The notes under the pieces were generated by a model. The model was not told the origin of the DNA. It did no database searches and saw only the letters and a program-made list of their open reading frames with translations. A stretch of 64,000 bases of DNA from Macrostomum lignano (taxonomy: Eukaryota), in contig NIVC01000037.1 in NCBI GenBank assembly GCA_002269645.1, forward strand, positions 1,273,121 to 1,337,120, given 5' to 3'. Within the stretch, counting starts at the first letter, position 1; every line of letters begins with the position of its first letter. Positions 34,607-47,000 of the stretch are shown piece by piece. The translations under genes and the position numbers were made by a program.

Positions 34607-35056
34607 TTCCTCCACTTTTCCAGACACACGGAGAAATTAAATTGCACCAGCTTCATAAACGCACATCCAATCATTTGTCTTACTAATCTCTTATCAGATT
34701 TTCAGGCACTGTCTCTTCAATCCGCCCAGTTGATCTGATAAAAATATCCCAGAAAAACTTACTTCAGCAGAAGAAGCAGGTCGGATGGGGCGTCCAGCGC
34801 CGCCCTCCTTTATCCCACCTGGCAACTAACTAACAAGCACCGCTAAGCTAAGGCTCCCGCTACCGTCATGGATTTCCAGAGCCCAACTCTGAATAGGGAT
34901 ACCTGTATTCTTGAAGTTTTGAAGCTGAGGCATTCCAAAGAAAACCTATTTCAGTTTTCTTCTCTGTTTTACCGCACACACGCAACATCCATTGTTTGTT
35001 TACTTGAGCTGTAAGTTCTTAATCCGAATGCTCAATAAGCTTGTGTCAAAAAGGGT

Positions 35057-35568
35057 CCCAAGCTTCACAATCCCCAATTCACAATCCCCAATTCCCCACC
35101 CCTAAGTTTCACAATCCCCAATTCACAATCCCCAATTCCCCACCCCAAAGTTTCACAATCCCCAATTCACAATCCCCAAGCTTCACAATCCTCAAGCTTC
35201 ACAATCCCCAAGCTTCACAATCCCCAAGCTTCACAATCCCCAATCCCCATCTTCAATTTTCACAATCTTCAATTTACAATCCCCAAGCTTCACAATCCCC
35301 AAGTTTCACAATCTTCAATTCACAATCCCCAAGCTCCACAATCCCCAAGCTTCACAATCCCCAAGCTTCACAATCACCAAACTTCACAATCCCCAAGCTT
35401 CACAATCCCCAAGCTTCACAATCCCCAATCCCCATCTTCAAGTTTCACAATCTTCAATTTAAAATCCCCAAGCTTCACAATCCCCAAGCTTCACTATCCC
35501 CAAGCTTCACAATCCCTAAGCTTCACAGTCCCCAAGCTTCACAGTCCCCAAGCTTCGCAATCTCCAAG
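35057..35568 (+). repeat. 16-bp minisatellite (family copy 3, most degenerate)
   Basis: AAGCTTCACAATCCCC core with many variants. Confidence 0.9.
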
Positions 35569-35569
35569 C

Positions 35570-35853
35570 TGCTTATTATGGCGCTTCAGTGCTTATTGTG
35601 GCGCTTCAATGCTGATTGTGGCGCTTCAATGCTTATTGTGGCGCCTTAAATACTGCTGATTGTGGCGCTTCAATGCTTATTGTGGCGCCCTAAATACTGC
35701 TGATTGTGGCGCTTCAATGCTTATTGTGGCGCCTTAAATACTGCTGATTGTGGCGCTTCAATGCTTATTGTGGCGCTTCAGTTCTTTTTGTGGCGCCTTA
35801 AATACTGCTGATTGTGGCGCTTCAATGCTTATTGTGGCGCTTCAATGCTTATT
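35570..35853. repeat. 20-bp-based repeat GCTTATTGTGGCGCTTCAAT abutting the 16-bp array
   Basis: Direct reading. Confidence 0.88.
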
Positions 35854-36764
35854 GTTGTGCTTCTAGTTTTATTTGACAGGCCAGCAGTGAAAGTATACTT
35901 TGCTATGCGAATATATTATCAATATTTTTTAACTATTAGACACCAAACACAGCGATGGAAACTGTTTCGATTGACCCATTCGCTGCAACACTTGAACCGG
36001 CGGCCTCTTAGAGTCCGGATTTGGACTGACTTGCTTTTAATAAGCTGGCCGATGCACATTCTGGCATAGTTGCATCTCTGGGGAGCCACAGCCCATCCCG
36101 ACCCTTGCACCCCCCATAGTTCAGGCTCTTTCAGATTCGGTCATAATTTAAAAATTTTAGAGCGCCGCTCTGTCCCGGCGCGCTCCAAATTTCATAGACA
36201 GATATTTTTCTGCCCGGCCCGCCTGCTAGGGGGATTTGATCCCTGTTTGGGGCTCGGCCGGCTAATGGAAACCTTTCGAAATATGCGACAACCAAGGAGG
36301 GGAGGGTAGGGAGGCCCGCCTCTATTTTTGCTAATTTCAAGTTTTATGTGCCCACTGGGGGTCCCCGTCGAGGGACGGGCCCGCGTCCTCTTCTGTTGTG
36401 TCTCTGCCGCCTCCTTCTGGGAAGAAGAGATCGCGGAGAGGCTCCTGCTTGTCAGTTTTCGCTGGCTAGCTTAAAAAAATATTGAAGCAGATTCCTGTTT
36501 GACTTCTTGTTGTCGTCTTTTTGGGCGTCTCCTCCCCCCTTTAGTCCGCCTCAGATTTAAGGGGAGGGCCTGCGGCTGCCTCAACAGAACAGTTGTTGGG
36601 GCGACAAGTTTCTCTTGTCTAAAAATTGCTATGCTTTTTGGTTGGAACTTTTTCATTCGGTTTCCTGCTGGGATGCTTTGCATTTTTTGATAATAAATTT
36701 CTTACAAATAAAAAATAATAAAGGGATATGGAACAGAATATTGGAGGGCGGCTGAGCGAAAGGA

Positions 36765-37206
36765 AGGCAGGGCGGAGGGAAGCAGAGCGGAGGGAGGCAG
36801 AGGGAGGCAGAGCGGAGAGAGGCAGAGGGAGGCAGGACGGAGAGAGGCAGAGGAAGGCAGAGCGGAGAGAGGCAGAGGGAGGCAGAGCGGAGAGAGGCAG
36901 AGGGAGGCAGAGCGGAGAGAGGCAGAGGGAGGCAGAGCGGAGGGAGGCAGAGCGGAGGGAGGCAGAGCGGAGGGAGGCAGAGCGGAGGGAGGCAGAGCGG
37001 AGGGAGGCAGAGGGAGGCAGAGAGGAGAGAGGCAGAGGGAGGCAGGGCGGAGGGAGGCAGATCGGAGAGAGGCAGAGGGAGGCAGAGCGGAGAGAGGCAG
37101 AGCAGAGAGAGGCAGAGGGAGGCAGAGCGGAGAGAGGCAGAGGGAGGCAGAGCGGAGAGAGGCAGAGCAGAGAGAGGCAGAGGGAGGCAGAGAGGAGGGA
37201 GGCAGA
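36765..37206. repeat. Purine-rich repeat GGAGAGGCAGAG/GGAGGCAGAGC
   Basis: Direct reading. Confidence 0.92.
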
Positions 37207-38152
37207 TTGTCTTCAAAGGTGTCTCTGTCTATCAAAGCATCTCTATCCTTTAATCAGAAGGAGACAATCAGACAGTCCTGAGGCATGGCTATCTGTTATT
37301 CATTTGTTCATTATAGTCTACAATAATGCACACTACAAACTGTTTGTCCGAGATAAAATTCATTCAACCTTACTCCGGCACAATGCAAAGCACAGAAAGT
37401 TGACAGGATGCGTGTTCCAATCGCTCTCATCAAATTTCCGATAGCCGAGCCTTTACAAAGGAGTTAAAATCAATTTCAATCAAAGAGAGCGTACGATTGA
37501 TAAATAAAAGAGCACTTCATGCTTCTGTTAGCCACTTTCTACCCGAGAAAAGGCCGTAAAAAATGGTTGAAAATCAAAGCACCGCGAAGCTGACACTGAC
37601 TGGAAAAATGCGAGGATCCACTTGATTGATAAAATATCTCTAGAGGGTGAACATATACAATCTGTCTATCGAAGCTGACCAAGGTGAAGCTGCAGGGTGG
37701 GGTCACACTTCATCATCAGTCCCGTTTGGAATGACTTTTCTAACTACCTACAGGTTGTTTCTCTGTCCCAACCCTCGATTGCAAAGCAAACGGTCAAGAC
37801 CTTCTATCGTGTTTCGGGCCATAAATTAGCCCTATGGGATATTTTTCCTCAAACCCTTGCAGCGTCTTTGTCCTTCGGTACCGCACTGGCTACTTTTCGC
37901 AGTGAAGTTTATCAAAGCATCAATTTCAATTGAAGAAGGCTGTGGGCCTCCTTCTGGGTGACTTTTTTATCGCTTTTAGTCTGAGGGCCACTGAAACCAG
38001 TAGGAAACCAAGTGGCGGTCAAGGTACAAAAGAATCTCTTAACCTCTGGGTTGTTTAGTAGAGCATTTTCATGCAAGGTTCCGGTGCTGTGCGAGTGTGA
38101 TTGGAAGCAACCACCTGTGTAGTTTTTTATTTCGTTTTCTTTGTAAGAACCC

Positions 38153-38970
38153 AGTGTAAGGTGATAGAGGTCACAGTGTCTGAGGTGCAGAATACCCCAG
38201 TGGCAGGTGATAGAGGTCACAGTGTCTGAGGTGCAGAATACCCCAGTGGCAGGTGATAGAGGTCACAGTGTCTGAGGTGCAGAATACCCCAGTGACAGGT
38301 GATAGAGGTCACAGTGTCTGAGGTGCAGAATACCCCAGTGTAAGGTGATAGAGGTCACAGTGTCTGAGGTGCAGAATACCCCAGTGACAGGTGTTAGAGG
38401 TCACAGTGTCTGAGGTGCAGAATACCCCAGTGACAGGTGTTAGAGGTCACAGTGTCTGAGGTGCAGAATACCCCAGTGACAGGTGATAGAGGTCACAGTG
38501 TCTGAGGTGCAGAATACCCCAGTGACAGGTGTTAGAGGTCACAGTGTCTGAGGTGCAGAATACCCCAGTGACAGGTGTTAGAGGTCACAGTGTCTGAGGT
38601 GCAGAATACCCCAGTGTAAGGTGATAGAGGTCACAGTGACTGAGGTGCAGAATACCCCAGTGACAGGTGTTAGAGGTCACAGTGTCTGAGGTGCAGAATA
38701 CCCCAGTGACAGGTGATAGAGGTCACAGTGTCTGAGGTGCAGAATACCTCAGTGACAGGTGATAGAGGTCACAGTGTCTGAGGTGCAGAATACCCCAGTG
38801 ACAGGTGATAGAGGTCACAGTGTCTGAGGTGCAGAATACCCCAGTGACAGGTGATAGAGGTCACAGTGTCTGAGGTGCAGAATACCCCAGTGTCAGGTGA
38901 TAGAGGTCACAATGTCTGAGGTGCAGAATACCCCAGTGACAGGTGATAGAGGTCACAATGTCTGAGGTCA
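38153..38970. repeat. 46-bp minisatellite GTGATAGAGGTCACAGTGTCTGAGGTGCAGAATACCCCAGTGACAG, about 17 copies
   Basis: Direct reading. Confidence 0.96.
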
Positions 38971-39791
38971 CAATACGTATTCTGCACCTCTATATCTTAC
39001 ACCTTGAGATTCTGGTTCCCCTGCGTTCCTTGAGATAAGGTAAAATTAAGGTAAAATTAGGGTTTGAAAATATCAAAGAAAATTAGTAGGCGAGATGAAA
39101 GCACAGAATTGCCGCATTTTGGCTTTTGTTTCACTTAGCAGATCGTCAATATTTATTTTTGATTGGGAAAAGCAAACTAATCTTAGCTCTATTTCCTTTG
39201 TCGCTCTGCTCCCAACCTTCCAGGCATTGCAACTTTTGTCCCGACTATAAAATTCCTTTGATAATAAAAAAGCAGAGACGCACAAGAGGGCGGACAGAGA
39301 GAGAGATGTGGAATTGAAAAAGGCACAAAACACGGCATAAAGAGGGATCGCTAGCCTTCTCTTTTTCGAACAGAAAATGCGCTCGTAAAAAATCAAAAGA
39401 AATGAAGCAAAACTGCAAGCAAGACTGCATCGGCTTCCTCAAAATTCAAAAGCCAACACAAATAACTGCCGCGGCCTGTCCCCGTCTGCCAGCTTCTAAG
39501 CTTCATCAGTTACAATGGTTGGTAGCTTAATGGGAGTTTCCCCTCTTTTCCCCTTTGTTGTCAACATGCCGACAGTCGCGACGCCTTTGTTGTCAAACAG
39601 CGCACTCCCTCCCAGTTTACGGCCGCGGGCGCTCAGCTTCTGTTCTTCATCCGCACCGTCTTAAAATGAGTAAAGCCTCTTTACTGAAGCAGGTTGTTGG
39701 CTTTGAATAAAGATACCCAAGTCAGAAGGCGGTTGCGCTCTTCTGAAGACTGTTTGAGTCTGTTTGACTCCAGCTGCCTCAAGGATGAAGC

Positions 39792-40292
39792 TGACGTTTC
39801 ATGGGATTTGAAGTTTCATGGAATCTGAAGTTTCATGGGATTTGAAGTATCATGGAATCTGAAGTTTCATGGGATCTGAAGTTTCATGGGATCTGAAGTT
39901 TCAATGGGATTTGAAGTTTCATGGGATCTGAAGTTTCATGGGATCTGAAGTTTCATAGGATCTGAAGTTTCATGGGATCTGAAGTTTCATGGGATCTGAA
40001 GTTTCATGGGATCTGAAGTTTCATGGGATCTGAAGTTTCTTGGCATCTGAAGTTTCATGGAATCTGAAGTTTCATGGGATCTGAAGTTTCATGGGATCTG
40101 AAGTTTCAATGGGATTTGAAGTTTCTTGGCATCTGAAGTTTCATGGGATCTGAAGTTTCATGGGATCTGAAGTTTCATAGGATCTGAAGTTTCATGGGAT
40201 CTGAAGTTTCATGGGATCTGAAGTTTCAAGGGATCTGAAGTTTCATGGGATCTGAAGTTTCTTGGCATCTGAAGTTTCATGGGCTCTGAAGT
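39792..40292. repeat. 17-bp minisatellite CTGAAGTTTCATGGGAT, about 29 copies
   Basis: Direct reading. Confidence 0.95.
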
Positions 40293-40360
40293 TTTAATAA
40301 GTTTTGGATTTTCAGGGGATTTAGTTTTCGGGACGTTTCGGGAAACGTTTTCGCTTTGGT

Positions 40361-40603
40361 TCATACGGCTTCCCCGCCAGCTGACAATTTGAGAACGCGG
40401 GTAAACTTTTTTGCGCACCTTCTCAGACAAGAATCAAGTCGCCATCCATCCGGACCGTCGAGATATTCAACGATTCTGCCAGAAGGTCGGATCTTTCCCA
40501 CAAGCGCCAGTGTATGTTCAATGCGCCCCTGTGATCTGTCACCGCAGTTAGAATATTGTATTTTTGGGATCTCCAAAGTTCTAAATGCGCTCTGAGATTT
40601 CAT
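40361..40603 (-). mobile_element. Possible short relic resembling the C-terminal integrase-adjacent region of BEL/Pao LTR retrotransposons
   Basis: GRIVEYLDGPDG has the spacing of the G-R-I-V-E-x3-G-x-D-G motif I recall from that region; no other element parts seen. Confidence 0.25.
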
Positions 40604-41051
40604 GGGAAGAAAGAAATTGAAAAGAACTGCAATTAAGGAGTAGGATAGGCAGTGGGCACCTGTGCCTGCTTTCTATGTTGTTTCAAGGACACAATATAGG
40701 GAAAATATAGCTTAGAAAGCAGAACAGAATTCTCCTCACCAGTAAAGATTACAAATTCAACAGGACTTCAGAAAAACTAACAAAATTAACCTTCGCACAT
40801 CCCCACGATCTGCTTATTTCCCATCGACCCTAAACAGAAAGACAAGAGTTCCACTCTGACAACTAAACCAATATTAAAAGACCATTTCTGTCCAAAATCT
40901 GGTTGACAGAATTATGCAGTGATTTATTAGCTGACGGGCGTTCCTTAAATTTTGACTTTTCCGGACCTCACTGAGCGCGTAGCGAAAAATTTTTCCTGGA
41001 AAATGGCTGCTGCTCTCCCGCAGGCAGGATCTTCTCTGGCTGTTCTGGCTG

Positions 41052-44000
41052 TTAGCATCAGGAGGCGCCAGCATCAGGGGCATCTTTAGCATCAGGGGAT
41101 TTAGCATCAAGGGATTTAGCATCAGGGGATTTAGCATCAGGGGCTTTAGCATCAGGGGATTTAGCATCAGGGGCTTTAGCATCAGGGGATTTAGCATCAG
41201 GGGCTTTAGCATCAGGGGCTTTAGCATCAGGGGCTTTAGCATCAGGGGATTTAGCATCAGGGGCTTTAGCATCAGGGGATTTAGCATCAGGGGCTTTAGC
41301 ATCAGGGGATTTAGCATCAGGGGCTTTAGCATCAGGGGATTTAGCATCAGGGGATTTAGCATCAGGGGATTTAGCATCAGGGGATTTAGCATCAGGGGAT
41401 TTAGCATCAGGGGCTTTAGCATCAGGGGCTTTAGCATCAGGGGCTTTAGCATCAGGGGATTTAGCATCAGGGGCTTTAGCATCAGGGGCTTTAGCATCAG
41501 GGGCTTTAGCATCAGGGGATTTAGCATCAGGGGCTTTAGCATCAGGGGCTTTAGCATCAGGGGCTTTAGCATCAGGGGCTTTAGCATCAGGGGCATCTTT
41601 AGCATCAGGGGATTTAGCATCAGGGGCTTTAGCATCAGGGGCTTTAGCATCAGGGGATTTAGCATCAGGGGCTTTAGCATCAGGGGCTTTAGCATCAGGG
41701 GATTTAGCATCAGGGGATTTAGCATCAGGGGCTTTAGCATCAGGGGCTTTAGCATCAGGGGCTTTAGCATCAGGGGATTTAGCATCAGGGGATTTAGCAT
41801 CAGGGGATTTAGCATCAGGGGATTTAGCATCAGGGGCTTTAGCATCAGGGGCTTTAGCATCAGGGGATTTAGCATCAGGGGATTTAGCATCAGGGGATTT
41901 AGCATCAGGGGCTTTAGCATCAGGGGCTTTAGCATCAGGGGATTTAGCATCAGGGGATTTAGCATCAGGGGCTTTAGCATCAGGGGATTTAGCATCAGGG
42001 GCTTTAGCATCAGGGGCTTTAGCATCAGGGGCTTTAGCATCAGGGGCTTTAGCATCAGGGGCTTTAGCATCAGGGGCTTTAGCATCAGGGGATTTAGCAT
42101 CAGGGGCTTTAGCATCAGGGGCTTTAGCATCAGGGGATTTAGCATCAGGGGCTTTAGCATCAGGGGATTTAGCATCAGGGGCTTTAGCATCAGGGGATTT
42201 AGCATCAGGGGCTTTAGCATCAGGGGCTTTAGCATCAGGGGATTTAGCATCAGGGGCTTTAGCATCAGGGGATTTAGCATCAGGGGATTTAGCATCAGGG
42301 GATTTAGCATCAGGGGCTTTAGCATCAGGGGATTTAGCATCAGGGGATTTAGCATCAGGGGATTTAGCATCAGGGGCTTTAGCATCAGGGGCTTTAGCAT
42401 CAGGGGATTTAGCATCAGGGGCTTTAGCATCAGGGGATTTAGCATCAGGGGCTTTAGCATCAGGGGCTTTAGCATCAGGGGATTTAGCATCAGGGGCTTT
42501 AGCATCAGGGGCTTTAGCATCAGGGGATTTAGCATCAGGGGCTTTAGCATCAGGGGCTTTAGCATCAGGGGATTTAGCATCAGGGGCTTTAGCATCAGGG
42601 GATTTAGCATCAGGGGCTTTAGCATCAGGGGCTTTAGCATCAGGGGCTTTAGCATCAGGGGCTTTAGCATCAGGGGCTTTAGCATCAGGGGCTTTAGCAT
42701 CAGGGGCTTTAGCATCAGGGGCTTTAGCATCAGGGGCTTTAGCATCAGGGGATTTAGCATCAGGGGATTTAGCATCAGGGGCTTTAGCATCAGGGGCTTT
42801 AGCATCAGGGGCTTTAGCATCAGGGGCTTTAGCATCAGGGGCTTTAGCATCAGGGGATTTAGCATCAGGGGATTTAGCATCAGGGGATTTAGCATCAGGG
42901 GATTTAGCATCAGGGGCTTTAGCATCAGGGGCTTTAGCATCAGGGGCTTTAGCATCAGGGGCTTTAGCATCAGGGGCTTTAGCATCAGGGGATTTAGCAT
43001 CAGGGGCTTTAGCATCAGGGGCTTTAGCATCAGGGGCTTTAGCATCAGGGGCTTTAGCATCAGGGGATTTAGCATCAGGGGATTTAGCATCAGGGGATTT
43101 AGCATCAGGGGCTTTAGCATCAGGGGATTTAGCATCAGGGGCTTTAGCATCAGGGGCTTTAGCATCAGGGGCTTTAGCATCAGGGGATTTAGCATCAGGG
43201 GATTTAGCATCAGGGGATTTAGCATCAGGGGATTTAGCATCAGGGGATTTAGCATCAGGGGATTTAGCATCAGGGGATTTAGCATCAGGGGATTTAGCAT
43301 CAGGGGATTTAGCATCAGGGGATTTAGCATCAGGGGATTTAGCATCAGGGGATTTAGCATCAGGGGATTTAGCATCAGGGGATTTAGCATCAGGGGATTT
43401 AGCATCAGGGGATTTAGCATCAGGGGATTTAGCATCAGGGGATTTAGCATCAGGGGATTTAGCATCAGGGGATTTAGCATCAGGGGATTTAGCATCAGGG
43501 GATTTAGCATCAGGGGATTTAGCATCAGGGGATTTAGCATCAGGGGCTTTAGCATCAGGGGCTTTAGCATCAGGGGATTTAGCATCAGGGGATTTAGCAT
43601 CAGGGGCTTTAGCATCAGGGGATTTAGCATCAGGGGCTTTAGCATCAGGGGCTTTAGCATCAGGGGATTTAGCATCAGGGGATTTAGCATCAGGGGATTT
43701 AGCATCAGGGGATTTAGCATCAGGGGATTTAGCATCAGGGGATTTAGCATCAGGGGCTTTAGCATCAGGGGATTTAGCATCAGGGGATTTAGCATCAGGG
43801 GCTTTAGCATCAGGGGATTTAGCATCAGGGGCTTTAGCATCAGGGGATTTAGCATCAGGGGCTTTAGCATCAGGGGATTTAGCATCAGGGGATTTAGCAT
43901 CAGGGGCTTTAGCATCAGGGGATTTAGCATCAGGGGATTTAGCATCAGGGGATTTAGCATCAGGGGATTTAGCATCAGGGGATTTAGCATCAGGGGATTT

Positions 44001-47000
44001 AGCATCAGGGGATTTAGCATCAGGGGATTTAGCATCAGGGGATTTAGCATCAGGGGATTTAGCATCAGGGGATTTAGCATCAGGGGATTTAGCATCAGGG
44101 GATTTAGCATCAGGGGATTTAGCATCAGGGGATTTAGCATCAGGGGATTTAGCATCAGGGGATTTAGCATCAGGGGATTTAGCATCAGGGGATTTAGCAT
44201 CAGGGGATTTAGCATCAGGGGATTTAGCATCAGGGGATTTAGCATCAGGGGATTTAGCATCAGGGGATTTAGCATCAGGGGATTTAGCATCAGGGGATTT
44301 AGCATCAGGGGATTTAGCATCAGGGGATTTAGCATCAGGGGATTTAGCATCAGGGGATTTAGCATCAGGGGATTTAGCATCAGGGGATTTAGCATCAGGG
44401 GATTTAGCATCAGGGGATTTAGCATCAGGGGATTTAGCATCAGGGGATTTAGCATCAGGGGATTTAGCATCAGGGGATTTAGCATCAGGGGATTTAGCAT
44501 CAGGGGATTTAGCATCAGGGGATTTAGCATCAGGGGATTTAGCATCAGGGGATTTAGCATCAGGGGATTTAGCATCAGGGGATTTAGCATCAGGGGATTT
44601 AGCATCAGGGGATTTAGCATCAGGGGATTTAGCATCAGGGGATTTAGCATCAGGGGATTTAGCATCAGGGGATTTAGCATCAGGGGATTTAGCATCAGGG
44701 GATTTAGCATCAGGGGATTTAGCATCAGGGGATTTAGCATCAGGGGATTTAGCATCAGGGGATTTAGCATCAGGGGATTTAGCATCAGGGGATTTAGCAT
44801 CAGGGGATTTAGCATCAGGGGATTTAGCATCAGGGGATTTAGCATCAGGGGCTTTAGCATCAGGGGATTTAGCATCAGGGGCTTTAGCATCAGGGGATTT
44901 AGCATCAGGGGCTTTAGCATCAGGGGATTTAGCATCAGGGGATTTAGCATCAGGGGATTTAGCATCAGGGGATTTAGCATCAGGGGATTTAGCATCAGGG
45001 GATTTAGCATCAGGGGATTTAGCATCAGGGGATTTAGCATCAGGGGATTTAGCATCAGGGGATTTAGCATCAGGGGATTTAGCATCAGGGGCTTTAGCAT
45101 CAGGGGATTTAGCATCAGGGGATTTAGCATCAGGGGATTTAGCATCAGGGGATTTAGCATCAGGGGATTTAGCATCAGGGGCTTTAGCATCAGGGGCTTT
45201 AGCATCAGGGGATTTAGCATCAGGGGATTTAGCATCAGGGGATTTAGCATCAGGGGATTTAGCATCAGGGGATTTAGCATCAGGGGCTTTAGCATCAGGG
45301 GATTTAGCATCAGGGATTTAGCATCAGGGGATTTAGCATCAGGGGCTTTAGCATCAGGGGATTTAGCATCAGGGGATTTAGCATCAGGGGATTTAGCATC
45401 AGGGGCTTTAGCATCAGGGGATTTAGCATCAGGGGATTTAGCATCAGGGGATTTAGCATCAGGGGATTTAGCATCAGGGGATTTAGCATCAGGGGATTTA
45501 GCATCAGGGGATTTAGCATCAGGGGCTTTAGCATCAGGGGATTTAGCATCAGGGGATTTAGCATCAGGGGATTTAGCATCAGGGGCTTTAGCATCAGGGG
45601 ATTTAGCATCAGGGGATTTAGCATCAGGGGATTTAGCATCAGGGGCTTTAGCATCAGGGGATTTAGCATCAGGGGCTTTAGCATCAGGGGCTTTAGCATC
45701 AGGGGATTTAGCATCAGGGATTTAGCATCAGGGGCTTTAGCATCAGGGGCTTTAGCATCAGGGGATTTAGCATCAGGGGATTTAGCATCAGGGGATTTAG
45801 CATCAGGGGCTTTAGCATCAGGGGATTTAGCATCAGGGGATTTAGCATCAGGGGATTTAGCATCAGGGGCTTTAGCATCAGGGGATTTAGCATCAGGGGA
45901 TTTAGCATCAGGGGATTTAGCATCAGGGGATTTAGCATCAGGGGATTTAGCATCAGGGGATTTAGCATCAGGGGATTTAGCATCAGGGGATTTAGCATCA
46001 GGGGATTTAGCATCAGGGGATTTAGCATCAGGGGATTTAGCATCAGGGGATTTAGCATCAGGGGATTTAGCATCAGGGGATTTAGCATCAGGGGATTTAG
46101 CATCAGGGGATTTAGCATCAGGGGATTTAGCATCAGGGGATTTAGCATCAGGGGATTTAGCATCAGGGGATTTAGCATCAGGGGCTTTAGCATCAGGGGA
46201 TTTAGCATCAGGGGATTTAGCATCAGGGGATTTAGCATCAGGGGCTTTAGCATCAGGGGATTTAGCATCAGGGATTTAGCATCAGGGGATTTAGCATCAG
46301 GGGCTTTAGCATCAGGGGATTTAGCATCAGGGGATTTAGCATCAGGGGATTTAGCATCAGGGGATTTAGCATCAGGGGATTTAGCATCAGGGGATTTAGC
46401 ATCAGGGGATTTAGCATCAGGGGATTTAGCATCAGGGGATTTAGCATCAGGGGATTTAGCATCAGGGGATTTAGCATCAGGGGATTTAGCATCAGGGGAT
46501 TTAGCATCAGGGGATTTAGCATCAGGGGATTTAGCATCAGGGGATTTAGCATCAGGGGATTTAGCATCAGGGGATTTAGCATCAGGGGATTTAGCATCAG
46601 GGGCTTTAGCATCAGGGGATTTAGCATCAGGGGATTTAGCATCAGGGGATTTAGCATCAGGGGATTTAGCATCAGGGGCTTTAGCATCAGGGGATTTAGC
46701 ATCAGGGGATTTAGCATCAGGGGATTTAGCATCAGGGGCTTTAGCATCAGGGGATTTAGCATCAGGGGATTTAGCATCAGGGGATTTAGCATCAGGGGCT
46801 TTAGCATCAGGGGATTTAGCATCAGGGGATTTAGCATCAGGGGATTTAGCATCAGGGGCTTTAGCATCAGGGGATTTAGCATCAGGGGATTTAGCATCAG
46901 GGGATTTAGCATCAGGGGCTTTAGCATCAGGGGATTTAGCATCAGGGGATTTAGCATCAGGGGATTTAGCATCAGGGGCTTTAGCATCAGGGGATTTAGC

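Noticed and set aside
38153-38970. Regular 46-bp units considered as a CRISPR-like array
   Set aside because: Head-to-tail near-identical units with no unique spacers, eukaryotic context, no cas genes. The same applies to the other arrays.
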